The notes beneath the pieces were generated by a model, which was not told where the DNA came from, searched no databases, and saw only the letters and a list, made by a program, of their open reading frames with translations. From assembly GCA_963675495.1 (NCBI GenBank), contig OY776215.1, forward strand, positions 32,001 through 96,000: a stretch of DNA of 64,000 bases, written 5' to 3'. Below, piece after piece: positions 27,521 through 36,441 of the stretch (within the stretch, counting starts at the first letter, position 1; each line of letters starts with the position of its first letter). The DNA is from an uncultured Methanolobus sp. GTDB lineage: Archaea; Halobacteriota; Methanosarcinia; Methanosarcinales; Methanosarcinaceae. A program made the translations under genes and the position numbers.

Positions 27521-28228
27521 TCAAACCAATCCGGAGATCCGCAGGAAATTACTGAATAGTTTCTTCCCATTGTTGCTGTATTCCTCTGCAATTAATTCAA
27601 AGTCATTTGCCAATGTTTTTCTGTCCATTTCCTTTAGTTCAGGATCGTTTTCAAGCCAAATTGTGAACATTGCAGGTGTTAGTTCAAAGTGTCCCTGTAT
27701 CCCATAGGCGTTTTTGCTTACTTTTACTATCTGGTGTTTGCAGTACTTTCCGGTAGCTAACAATTGCATTTTTTCGTTTATCTTTACTGTTTCACCGTGT
27801 AAATGGAATATCTTCAAAGGATTTTCGAGATTATTGAACAGCGGGTCATCTAAATGATTTTCTTCAATATCAACTGAATAATAGTTACCTTCCTCACCTT
27901 TGAATCCTATCTCTTTGACATTATTCGCATGTACCGAACCCCCACATGCCTTAACAAGTACCTGCATGCCAAGACAGATGCCAAGATAGGGTATACCTGA
28001 ATCAATTGCCTGTTTTACCATTTTCATTTCCTGAATCATCATACTGGTTGTATCGTTTGCACTGTCCGGTCCACCAAAGACGATGACAGCAGAATAGTTT
28101 TCCGGAGAGGGGATTTTGTCCCCGGCTTCAAGGTCGATAATATCATACGAAATCCTTTTTTCAATTAAAATATCTTCAAGTATTCCGGGTCCTTCTCTTG
28201 AAATGTTCTTTACGATCAGCAGGTCCAT
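27521..28228 (-). CDS. Stand-alone class I glutamine amidotransferase
   Basis: EGPG, GGPDSAND, LGICLGMQ nucleophile elbow, QGHFE. Confidence 0.88.
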   Translation of the reverse strand: MDLLIVKNISREGPGILEDILIEKRISYDIIDLEAGDKIPSPENYSAVIVFGGPDSANDTTSMMIQEMKMVKQAIDSGIPYLGICLGMQVLVKACGGSVHANNVKEIGFKGEEGNYYSVDIEENHLDDPLFNNLENPLKIFHLHGETVKINEKMQLLATGKYCKHQIVKVSKNAYGIQGHFELTPAMFTIWLENDPELKEMDRKTLANDFELIAEEYSNNGKKLFSNFLRISGLV

Positions 28229-28633
28229 GGCTTCCTATATCTGGTTTGTAAAATAAATTATTTATGCGTAAAATTCATCGATTATAATGCTATATTGCAT
28301 AAAATGGGCAAAGATAAAAAAGGTTCCAACAGACAGGATTCCCGAATATGTTTTTGAAAGGGTAACTTTCGCATTCCATTTTTGATAATTACGGGAATCC
28401 TGGCTTGCTGGATTTCGTTTTTGGGCAAATTATGGTACCACCACGAACCATTATTTACCAAATCACCAACCAACCTTACCACACTGATAATAGTTTATCC
28501 GTAACTTTTTTCTGTATGGCTAAACTTAATAATTGTTCATCAGCAATCCATACTATTTAAATACATCGTTTGTGGAGTGTATGCTAATTCTCATAATTAT
28601 GATATGTGCTTCACTTTCACGTTTCATTTCAAT

Positions 28634-29164
28634 TTAGAACTTAGAAACCTGTTTTTCCAGCATACTAGAATAAAAATAATATGCATTCTCATTGAAACAT
28701 ATAAGCCTGATATCTTCCAGTGAGCTTTCTGAATTGAGATATTCAAGTATAGTGCTAACAGCAAGCCATGATGCCTTATCTACCGGAAAACCATAGGCTC
28801 CAATGCTGATTCCAGGAAAAGCAATGCTTTTAACATCATGTTCCTCAGCCAGGATTAGTGAATTCCTGTATGCGTCAGCAAGAAGTTGTTCTTCCCTGAA
28901 ATGTCCTCCTTTCCATACAGGACCAACGGTGTGTATAACCCACTTTGCAGGAAGATCGTACCCTTTTGTGATTCTGGCTTCTCCTGTCAGACATCCTCCG
29001 AGGGTGCGACATTCCTCCAGAAGTTGTGGACCTGCAGCATAATGGATGGCTCCGTCCACTCCGCCTCCTCCAAGGAGGGAGTTATTTGCTGCATTTACGA
29101 TGGCATCGACTTTTTGTTCAACGATATCGCCCATAATCACACTAATAGTCTCAGAAATATCCAT
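28634..29164 (-). CDS. Macrodomain O-acetyl-ADP-ribose deacetylase (YmdB type)
   Basis: GDI, DAIVNAANNSLLGGGGVDGAIH, VIHTVGPVW, AFPGISIGAYGFP; ATG at 29164 behind GAGG RBS. Confidence 0.9.
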   Translation of the reverse strand: MDISETISVIMGDIVEQKVDAIVNAANNSLLGGGGVDGAIHYAAGPQLLEECRTLGGCLTGEARITKGYDLPAKWVIHTVGPVWKGGHFREEQLLADAYRNSLILAEEHDVKSIAFPGISIGAYGFPVDKASWLAVSTILEYLNSESSLEDIRLICFNENAYYFYSSMLEKQVSKF

Positions 29165-29498
29165 ATTAGTTCCTCTTCTTATAAGAATCATTAAATTGCA
29201 TGTCCGAATTATTCTTATCTTTGTCGTATGATATATTTTATTCACAGCCTTCAATATACTAAGTCACAGACAACTCTAAAATTCAAGTAAATAAGTGACA
29301 TACCAAAATAGTTCGGTAATTAAGAAAAAACAGTCATATAGCTTAAAAAACGGATACTTACACATGTTTTCACTCAGAAGTAATGACTAAAAGAAAACAT
29401 GATCTGATTTTGTTTTTCCTTGCAAAAAAGCAAAATTTGCAATTGCTCACGATAATTTTATATTAAATATAATACAATTTATTTTAAGGGGTATAAAA

Positions 29499-29873
29499 GT
29501 GGGCATTAAAAATTCATTTCCAATTACAATAACAGATCAACTAGAGTTGTGTAAGAATTTCTATACGGAATATTTTGAGTTCGAAGTGATTTTTGAAGCG
29601 GAATGGTATATCCAGCTTAGACATATATCCGGGATAGAAATTGCATTTATGTTACCTGATTTAGAAAATCAACCAGATTTTTTACATGAACAATTCTCTG
29701 GTAAGGGAGTTATACTTTCCTTTGAGGTTGATGATGCTAAGGTTGAGTATGATAAGTTAAAAGAATTAGGAGCTCCGGTAATTTATCATTTGAAGGGTGA
29801 AGAATGGGGACAAAAACATTTCATGGTAACTGATCCTGCAGGTATGATTGTTGATGTTGTTCAACAGTTATGA
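29499..29873 (+). CDS. VOC/glyoxalase family protein
   Basis: FYTEYFEFE, LSFEVDD, EEWGQKHF..TDP.G. Confidence 0.85.
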   Translation: MGIKNSFPITITDQLELCKNFYTEYFEFEVIFEAEWYIQLRHISGIEIAFMLPDLENQPDFLHEQFSGKGVILSFEVDDAKVEYDKLKELGAPVIYHLKGEEWGQKHFMVTDPAGMIVDVVQQL

Positions 29874-30071
29874 TTTTATTCTAAATATCTGTAGATGATA
29901 ATATGCAAAAAGATTGAGTATATACTAATGGTTTGCCAGAAACCTTGTTGTTTTATTTTTCTTGGATATTAAGCATTTATACAGAGCAGAAAATATATCA
30001 TAATAACTGTATCTTACATTTGGTATCTAGGGTTCAGTATTTTCAGATTTAAAGTCACAGTAGGTAGATCC

Positions 30072-31556
30072 ATGGATGAAGTCACAGAAAAAATCCTTTC
30101 CCTTTTCAGGGAAGTGAGCAGCGTCCCCAGACCGTCAGGTCAGGAAGAGAAAATAGCCACGTGGCTGAAAGAATGGGCATTATCAAAGGGTTTTAGCTTA
30201 AAGTTCGATAGCGTCAATAATGTAGTTATTGGGGTTCCGGCTTCAAAAGGATATGAAAATCTGCCTGCGATAGTTATTCAGGGACACATGGATATGGTAT
30301 GTGAAAAAGCATGTGGATGCAACCACGACTTTACAAAAGACCCAATTGTACCCGTTATCGAAGGTGACTGGCTAAAAGCACAAGGAACGACTCTTGGAGC
30401 AGATAATGGAATAGCACTTGCCATTGCTCTGGCTCTGGTAGAAGATACTGGTGTAAGCCATCCACCGCTTGAGTTGCTTTTCACTGTTGATGAAGAGACT
30501 GGTCTTACCGGAGCTAATGCCCTGATGCCGGACTTCATAACAGGTAAGTTACTCCTGAATGTGGATTCGGAAGATGAGGGTGTTTTTACCGTTGGCTGCG
30601 CAGGTGGACTGAACTCAACTGTCAGGATGCCACTGGAGTATTCAGCAGTGCCGGAAGATGGCTTGCTTTTCAGGTTGGTGGTGAGTGGGCTTTCCGGAGG
30701 GCATTCCGGTGTAGATATTCATGAAAAAAGAGCAAATGCCAATAAATTACTAGCAGAGGTCTTGCAGGAACTTATTGACGATGCGGATATCATGCTTCTG
30801 GATATAATAGGTGGTTCTGCACATAATGCAATTCCACGACATGCGGAAGCGATCATTGCTCTTACACCTGATTCCATGGAGACTGTTCTTTCTACAATAT
30901 CTGCATTTGAAAAAAGAATGAAAGCTGAGTATACGGGTCATGAGCCTTCTCTTTCAGTGATTCTTGAGGAATACGTGTCCGAAATGTACACTAAGGCACT
31001 AACTGATTGTTTTGCTCGTAAGGTTCTGGGTATTCTACTGTCTTTGCCACATGGGGTTGCTTCCATATCTCCGGCAATTCCCGGTCTCGTTGAAACTTCA
31101 AATAACCTGGCGACTGTTAATATAGAAGATGATGAGCTGGTAATAGTATCAAGCCAGCGCAGTTCAGTTGACTCGGGACTTGCCGTGATCACTGAAAAGG
31201 TTACCTCAGTTGCTGACGAATACGGGGCAAATTGTTCACATGGTTCTGGTTATCCGGCGTGGCAACCTGATATGTCTTCACAGCTTCTCCAACGATGTAG
31301 GGAAGTATATTTCTCAGTGTTTGGTAAATACGCGCGTATCGAGGCTATACATGCAGGTCTGGAATGCGCTGTTATCGGTTCCAAATACAAAGATATGGAT
31401 ATGATATCCTTCGGTCCTACCATAAAGAATCCGCATTCACCTGATGAACGGCTATATATTCCATCAGTTAGGAAAGTATGGGACTTTATGGTTGCCTTGC
31501 TTGCTTCATTTAAAGATGAGAAAAGCACAGTTCTCGGAAAACAGAAGGAGGCATGA
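30072..31556 (+). CDS. pepD: Aminoacyl-histidine dipeptidase (M20C)
   Basis: PRPSG.E, QGHMDMVCEK, TTLGADNG, TVDEETG, NVDSED, GGHSG.DIH, IHAGLEC, HSPDE. Confidence 0.92.
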   Translation: MDEVTEKILSLFREVSSVPRPSGQEEKIATWLKEWALSKGFSLKFDSVNNVVIGVPASKGYENLPAIVIQGHMDMVCEKACGCNHDFTKDPIVPVIEGDWLKAQGTTLGADNGIALAIALALVEDTGVSHPPLELLFTVDEETGLTGANALMPDFITGKLLLNVDSEDEGVFTVGCAGGLNSTVRMPLEYSAVPEDGLLFRLVVSGLSGGHSGVDIHEKRANANKLLAEVLQELIDDADIMLLDIIGGSAHNAIPRHAEAIIALTPDSMETVLSTISAFEKRMKAEYTGHEPSLSVILEEYVSEMYTKALTDCFARKVLGILLSLPHGVASISPAIPGLVETSNNLATVNIEDDELVIVSSQRSSVDSGLAVITEKVTSVADEYGANCSHGSGYPAWQPDMSSQLLQRCREVYFSVFGKYARIEAIHAGLECAVIGSKYKDMDMISFGPTIKNPHSPDERLYIPSVRKVWDFMVALLASFKDEKSTVLGKQKEA

Positions 31557-31586
31557 TTATAATCTATTAGACACAATATTATTTAC

Positions 31587-32555
31587 ATGAGAAAATTTCC
31601 AAAGCCCATTGTTCTTGTAAGCAGGTGTCTTGAGTTTGATAGCGTGCGATATAACGGTCAAGTTGTTCCTTCTCAAATAGTGCGTGATATGATACCTTTT
31701 GTAGATTTCATCAAAGTATGCCCGGAAGTTGAGATTGGACTGGGGGTTCCGAGGGATACTTTGAGGATCATTAAGCAAGATGGTGAGTATCGGCTCGTCC
31801 AGCCGAAAACAGGTGAAGACCTAACTGAAAAGATGAATACTTTTACGATTAAGTTCCTTGACGAGCTTGGAGATATGGACGGTTTCATATTCAAAGGTCT
31901 TTCTCCAAGTATGGGAATCGATGACGTAAAGATCTACTCAGGTGTAAGCATGGCTCCGGTTATTGGAAAAAGTGCAGGTCTGTTTACTGGGGAGGTTATT
32001 GCCAGATACCCGGGGTATCCTATCGAAGAGAATGAGAGATTGCGTAATAACCGTATACGTCATCATTTTCTAACTTATTTATACACCTTTGCGACTTTTA
32101 GACAGGTGAAAAAAGAATCTTCTCTTGAAGGCTTGCTTAAGTTTCACAAAAACAATCGTTTTCTTTTCATGAGCTACAATACTGAAATTCTGGCAGAAAT
32201 GTCAGAATTACTGGGCTCAGGGAAAGATGTCAGACAGTTGTTCAATGAATATGAATCTTTGTTAAAACAGTTAATGAGAAAGCCCGGTTCATTGGATTTG
32301 AAAATGGATACTGCAAGGAATATGTTTTCTATGTTTGAAGATACAACCCCGTCAGAGCGTTCTTTTTTTGAAAACATGCTTGGGCGTTTTAGCAATAACA
32401 GTATAAGTGAAGATTCTGTCATTGAATTATTGAGAATGTTCGCATCTCGTTCTCAGGGCGAAGATGCTTATGAGGATACATTCCTGTATCCGTATCCTGA
32501 AGAACTCAAAGCACTGGTCGATGAGAAAAGAGAAAAAGACTATTGGGATAAGTAA
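31587..32555 (+). CDS. DUF523 + DUF1722 (YbgA-like) protein
   Basis: VSRCL...VRYNG, VCPEVEIGLGVPR, FKGLSPSMG, EENERL, FH..N.F..M. Confidence 0.85.
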   Translation: MRKFPKPIVLVSRCLEFDSVRYNGQVVPSQIVRDMIPFVDFIKVCPEVEIGLGVPRDTLRIIKQDGEYRLVQPKTGEDLTEKMNTFTIKFLDELGDMDGFIFKGLSPSMGIDDVKIYSGVSMAPVIGKSAGLFTGEVIARYPGYPIEENERLRNNRIRHHFLTYLYTFATFRQVKKESSLEGLLKFHKNNRFLFMSYNTEILAEMSELLGSGKDVRQLFNEYESLLKQLMRKPGSLDLKMDTARNMFSMFEDTTPSERSFFENMLGRFSNNSISEDSVIELLRMFASRSQGEDAYEDTFLYPYPEELKALVDEKREKDYWDK

Positions 32556-32597
32556 TTTAAGTTACCGTTTGTTTTTTATGTTTATTTTTATGGTGAT

Positions 32598-33707
32598 ATG
32601 ATGCATAGGTTTGAGGCAGAGATTAGTTATTGTATAGATTGTAAAAAATGCTGGGATGTCTGCCCTGTGAACATGGTTACCGAAGGTAACCGCTTCACTC
32701 CACAGGGAAAGATTGAGAGTCTTGCAAAGATCGTTGCAGGTGAGGAGCTTACAAAGGATGAAATGGACAACATCTATCTTTCCACAAGATGTGGGGCATG
32801 TGATGATGTCTGCCCTGTGAACATTCCTATCACAGATATCATTCAGTATGAAAGAGAACTGCTTGCAAAGCAGGAAAGAGAGCCTGCAAAGACCACAGCT
32901 ATCTCGCGGAACATAATCGAGAACAACAGCCCTGGAAGTATGGACCCGGCAACAAGGTTTGATTGGGTAACAGATGACCTTGACCTTGCTGAAAGCTCTG
33001 ATGTTGCATACATGGCAGGCTGCTGGGTGGCACATAGCCAGCCTGACATTGCCAGAGCAACCATTCGTTTGCTCAATCATGCGGGAATAAGACCGATGAT
33101 ACTGAAGGAAGAGAAATGTTGCGGGCTTTTCCTCATCGACAACGGACACCTTGAGCAGGCGGCTGAGCATGCAAAGAAATTCGTTGATTATATTGAATCT
33201 CTTGGAGTAAAGAAACTTGTAGCCTCTTGTCCGGGTTGTTATCTGGTCCTAAGCCATGATTATCCTAAACTTTATCGTGAGCTTAACTTTGAGGTTGAGC
33301 ATTCTCTTAACATCTTTAAAGATTTGATCGCAGATGGCACGCTCAAACCCCAAAATCTCGATATGACCGTTTCCGTAAGGGATGCCTGTCCTTTGAGATA
33401 TTCAAAAGATGTTCCACGCAGTATACTTGCAAGCATGGGTGTGGAAGTGAAGGAAATCTTTGACGGCAAACAGGTATGCTGTGGAGGGCCTGCCGGTCTT
33501 AAACCAAATTTCCCGGAAATTGCGGCTGATATTGCCATGATGTCGGTAGACAGTTACAAGGATAAGACTGGTCTGCTGGTTTCGTATTGTCCTTTCTGCA
33601 TGCACCATATGGGAGGCGTGTGCAAGTCAAAGGATGAAGAGCTGAAAATGAAGGATGTTTCAGTGTTGCTGGCGGAAAGTGTGCTTGGTGATAGTTCCGG
33701 TCGTTAG
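32598..33707 (+). CDS. HdrD/GlpC-like Fe-S oxidoreductase (ferredoxin domain + two CCG domains)
   Basis: CIDCKKCWDVCP, STRCGACDDVCP, EKCCG, SCPGC, VCCGG, YCPFC. Confidence 0.85.
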   Translation: MMHRFEAEISYCIDCKKCWDVCPVNMVTEGNRFTPQGKIESLAKIVAGEELTKDEMDNIYLSTRCGACDDVCPVNIPITDIIQYERELLAKQEREPAKTTAISRNIIENNSPGSMDPATRFDWVTDDLDLAESSDVAYMAGCWVAHSQPDIARATIRLLNHAGIRPMILKEEKCCGLFLIDNGHLEQAAEHAKKFVDYIESLGVKKLVASCPGCYLVLSHDYPKLYRELNFEVEHSLNIFKDLIADGTLKPQNLDMTVSVRDACPLRYSKDVPRSILASMGVEVKEIFDGKQVCCGGPAGLKPNFPEIAADIAMMSVDSYKDKTGLLVSYCPFCMHHMGGVCKSKDEELKMKDVSVLLAESVLGDSSGR

Positions 33708-33734
33708 CTTAGTAAGAACAGTTTTTCTATCTAA

Positions 33735-33767
33735 AAAAGCAGTAATGCTGCTTTTATTACTTTTTTT
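33735..33767 (+). terminator. Hairpin plus T-tract terminator
   Basis: AAAAGCAG-TAATG-CTGCTTTT followed by T7 at 33761-33767. Confidence 0.6.
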
Positions 33768-33971
33768 ATCAATTTTCATATTGAATAGAGATATCTATAT
33801 AATACATTAGTTGTATAAAAAAGATAATATATTAATCTCATATCTTTTGTAAAATACCACGTATGGAGGGAATATTTTTGGACACTCATCAAATAGTTTT
33901 ATTCTCATTTTCTAATGTAAATGTACAGCCGTCGAGCACATCAACAAAAGCCAGTTGCAGGAGGTTCTGAT

Positions 33972-36389
33972 ATGAAATATATCCTCCTCGCGATTGCATT
34001 ACTAGCTATATTTGCATCACCTGTAAATGCAACATCCTACGTCGAAGCGACCAACGTGACTGGTTTTACAGGAGGTTTTAATCCTTTGGATGACGGTTAC
34101 GCAGGACCTTTAGAGATAGGTTTTGATTTTCCATTTTATGGAGTTAACCAAACAAATTTTAATGTAAGTACTAACGGATTTATTACATTTACTGATTCTG
34201 TGTATGATTATCAAAATGTGAACCTGACAAGCCGGACTGGAGGTGTTTCACTCCCTTCTGTTTTCCCATTTTGGGATGATCTACTTATAAATGCAAACGG
34301 TTATATTGTATATAAGGCAATTGCCGCTGGAGAATCTGGTAATCCTTATGGCACTGATGTGCTGGTAATACAATGGACTAACTGTGAATTTTATGGTGAA
34401 TCTCTGGCTATGGGTACTTTTCAGGTTCATCTGATATCCGATGGTAATATAACATTCAATTATAATGACTTGCTCTCAGATGATAGGTCATATGGTACGA
34501 GCGCTACTATTGGTATGCAGGAAAGTGGAACTAGTGCGAATTATACGCAATATTCTTCTTTTACCGATGCTGGCATCAGAAGCGGTGATGCAATAAGTTT
34601 TGCATATGATGGAAGCAATTACACCACTTCAGGTGCAAGCACGGATGATTTCTGGAATATGGTACTCTATAAGAATGGCAGTGTATTACCGCCTACCAAA
34701 CCCTATAACCCAGATCCATCACTTGGCGCTACAACATCCACCAGTCCGACTATAAGCTGGAGTTGTGAAAACGCAACCAACTACACTGTCAGGGTTTCAG
34801 TAAATGCTGACTTGAGCAGTCCATCATCTAATGATACTACGGAGTCATCACTAGCTCTTTCAAGTCTGTCTGAAAATACAACATATTATTGGCATGTGAT
34901 TGCCAGTAATGCCGGAGGGGAAACTCACTCTGATCTGTGGAAATTTACTACGGGCTCTGTTCCAGTTGCTAACTTCAGTTCCAATGTTACATCAGGAGCT
35001 ATTCCTCTTGCCGTAAATTTCACCGATTTATCTACTAATGCTCCTGCATCATGGTTATGGAATTTCGGTGATGGTAACACTTCAAGTTCTCAGAATCCAA
35101 CACATATTTACGTTACTCCGGGTACCTATAATGTAAGTCTGAATGCAACAAATTGCAATGGAAGCAATATCAACACTCAGGTGGCTTACATAACTGCTGC
35201 TTTTGCACCAGTTTCAAATTTCACGTCTAATGTCACATCTGGTGCTGTTCCACTTTCTGTAAACTTTACTGATCAGTCTACGAACACTCCCACTTCATGG
35301 CTATGGAACTTCGGTGATGGAAATACTTCAACAGACCAGAATCCGACACACACTTATGTTGCAGCAGGTAACTACAACGTTAGCCTCAATGCAACAAACG
35401 TTGGTGGAACTAACCTTGTAACTCAGACTGCCTATATTACTACCGCAGTTGCTCCAGTTTCAAACTTTACAGTAGATCTTACTTCAGGAGTAGCATCACT
35501 TGCTGTTTCTTTTACCGACTTCTCTACTAACACTCCCACATCATGGGCATGGGACTTCGGTGACGGTAGCACTTCGACAGATAAGAATGCGACACACATC
35601 TATGCGACTGCAGGCACCTATACCGTTAGTCTGAATGCAAGCAATGTTGGCGGCAGTAATGTCAGCATTCAGGTAAATTATATCACTGTAACTGCCGCAA
35701 GCTCAAGTAGTTCCAGTTCCTCAAGTTCAGGAACTCGTGCATCTGTCAGTCAGGGTCAGGATCCTGCAATAGTATCAAGTTCTGCTTCCTCTGTGATACG
35801 TGTCACAGGCGGTTCTGAAGTTAACTATGATTTCTCAGACAGTGGCACTCCGGTTCTTGGTGTCAGCTTTGATGCACAGGATGACAAAGGTCTTGTTGTT
35901 GCTAAGGTTCAGGTTCTTTCAGATGCACCTGAGGGCGTATCTTCACAGTCCGGTAATTGTTATCAGATGATGAGTATTGATGTTGGAAGTGAGGGTACCA
36001 TCAGCTCAGGAACTGCTGACAACATCATGATTCGCTTCAAGGTGAACAAGCAGTGGATAAAAGAGAACAACATAGATGTTTCCACCATCCATATGACCAG
36101 ATATCATGCTGAGCAGTGGAATAATCTGCCAACTTATCAGGAAAGAGAAGAAGGCGAGTACATCTATTTCTATGCTGAAACACCAGGATTCTCTATCTTC
36201 AATGTCGTAGGAGACACGATAAGTGAAACTTCTGAAGAACTAGTAAAAGCTTCAGCACCGATAGTTGAAGAAATGACTGAACCGGTTGAAGAAGAAGAGA
36301 CAAAAGACACTCCTGGTTTCACTGCTATTGCAGGAATTGTGTTTGTTTCACTTGCTTTGCTTGTGAGCAGGAAACAGAAGTCTGAGTAA
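33972..36389 (+). CDS. Surface adhesin-like protein: NIDO-like domain, FN3-like domain, 3x PKD, PGF-pre-PGF, PGF-CTERM
   Basis: IGFDFPFYG...VSTNGFITF...FPFWDDL...TFQV.L; three FTD.STN.P.SW.W.FGDG PKD units; YAETPGFS; TPGF + TM; ATG at 33972 behind GGAGG. Confidence 0.85.
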   Translation: MKYILLAIALLAIFASPVNATSYVEATNVTGFTGGFNPLDDGYAGPLEIGFDFPFYGVNQTNFNVSTNGFITFTDSVYDYQNVNLTSRTGGVSLPSVFPFWDDLLINANGYIVYKAIAAGESGNPYGTDVLVIQWTNCEFYGESLAMGTFQVHLISDGNITFNYNDLLSDDRSYGTSATIGMQESGTSANYTQYSSFTDAGIRSGDAISFAYDGSNYTTSGASTDDFWNMVLYKNGSVLPPTKPYNPDPSLGATTSTSPTISWSCENATNYTVRVSVNADLSSPSSNDTTESSLALSSLSENTTYYWHVIASNAGGETHSDLWKFTTGSVPVANFSSNVTSGAIPLAVNFTDLSTNAPASWLWNFGDGNTSSSQNPTHIYVTPGTYNVSLNATNCNGSNINTQVAYITAAFAPVSNFTSNVTSGAVPLSVNFTDQSTNTPTSWLWNFGDGNTSTDQNPTHTYVAAGNYNVSLNATNVGGTNLVTQTAYITTAVAPVSNFTVDLTSGVASLAVSFTDFSTNTPTSWAWDFGDGSTSTDKNATHIYATAGTYTVSLNASNVGGSNVSIQVNYITVTAASSSSSSSSSSGTRASVSQGQDPAIVSSSASSVIRVTGGSEVNYDFSDSGTPVLGVSFDAQDDKGLVVAKVQVLSDAPEGVSSQSGNCYQMMSIDVGSEGTISSGTADNIMIRFKVNKQWIKENNIDVSTIHMTRYHAEQWNNLPTYQEREEGEYIYFYAETPGFSIFNVVGDTISETSEELVKASAPIVEEMTEPVEEEETKDTPGFTAIAGIVFVSLALLVSRKQKSE

Positions 36390-36415
36390 GTCTGACCCAA
36401 AATTGAAAAAAAACA

Positions 36416-36436
36416 AACGGGGAATTAATCCCCGTT
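36416..36436. terminator. Hairpin between convergent genes (likely bidirectional terminator)
   Basis: AACGGGGA-ATTAA-TCCCCGTT with A-tract on the left side. Confidence 0.65.
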
Positions 36437-36441
36437 ATATT

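Noticed and set aside
28282-28482. 66-aa ORF in the GATase-macrodomain gap
   Set aside because: No motif or clear RBS; the region is better explained by RNA secondary structure
33705-33740. Pyrrolysine read-through at TAG stops (33707, 36442, 50672, 58922)
   Set aside because: Proteins are already complete at these stops, and I saw no continuing domain downstream
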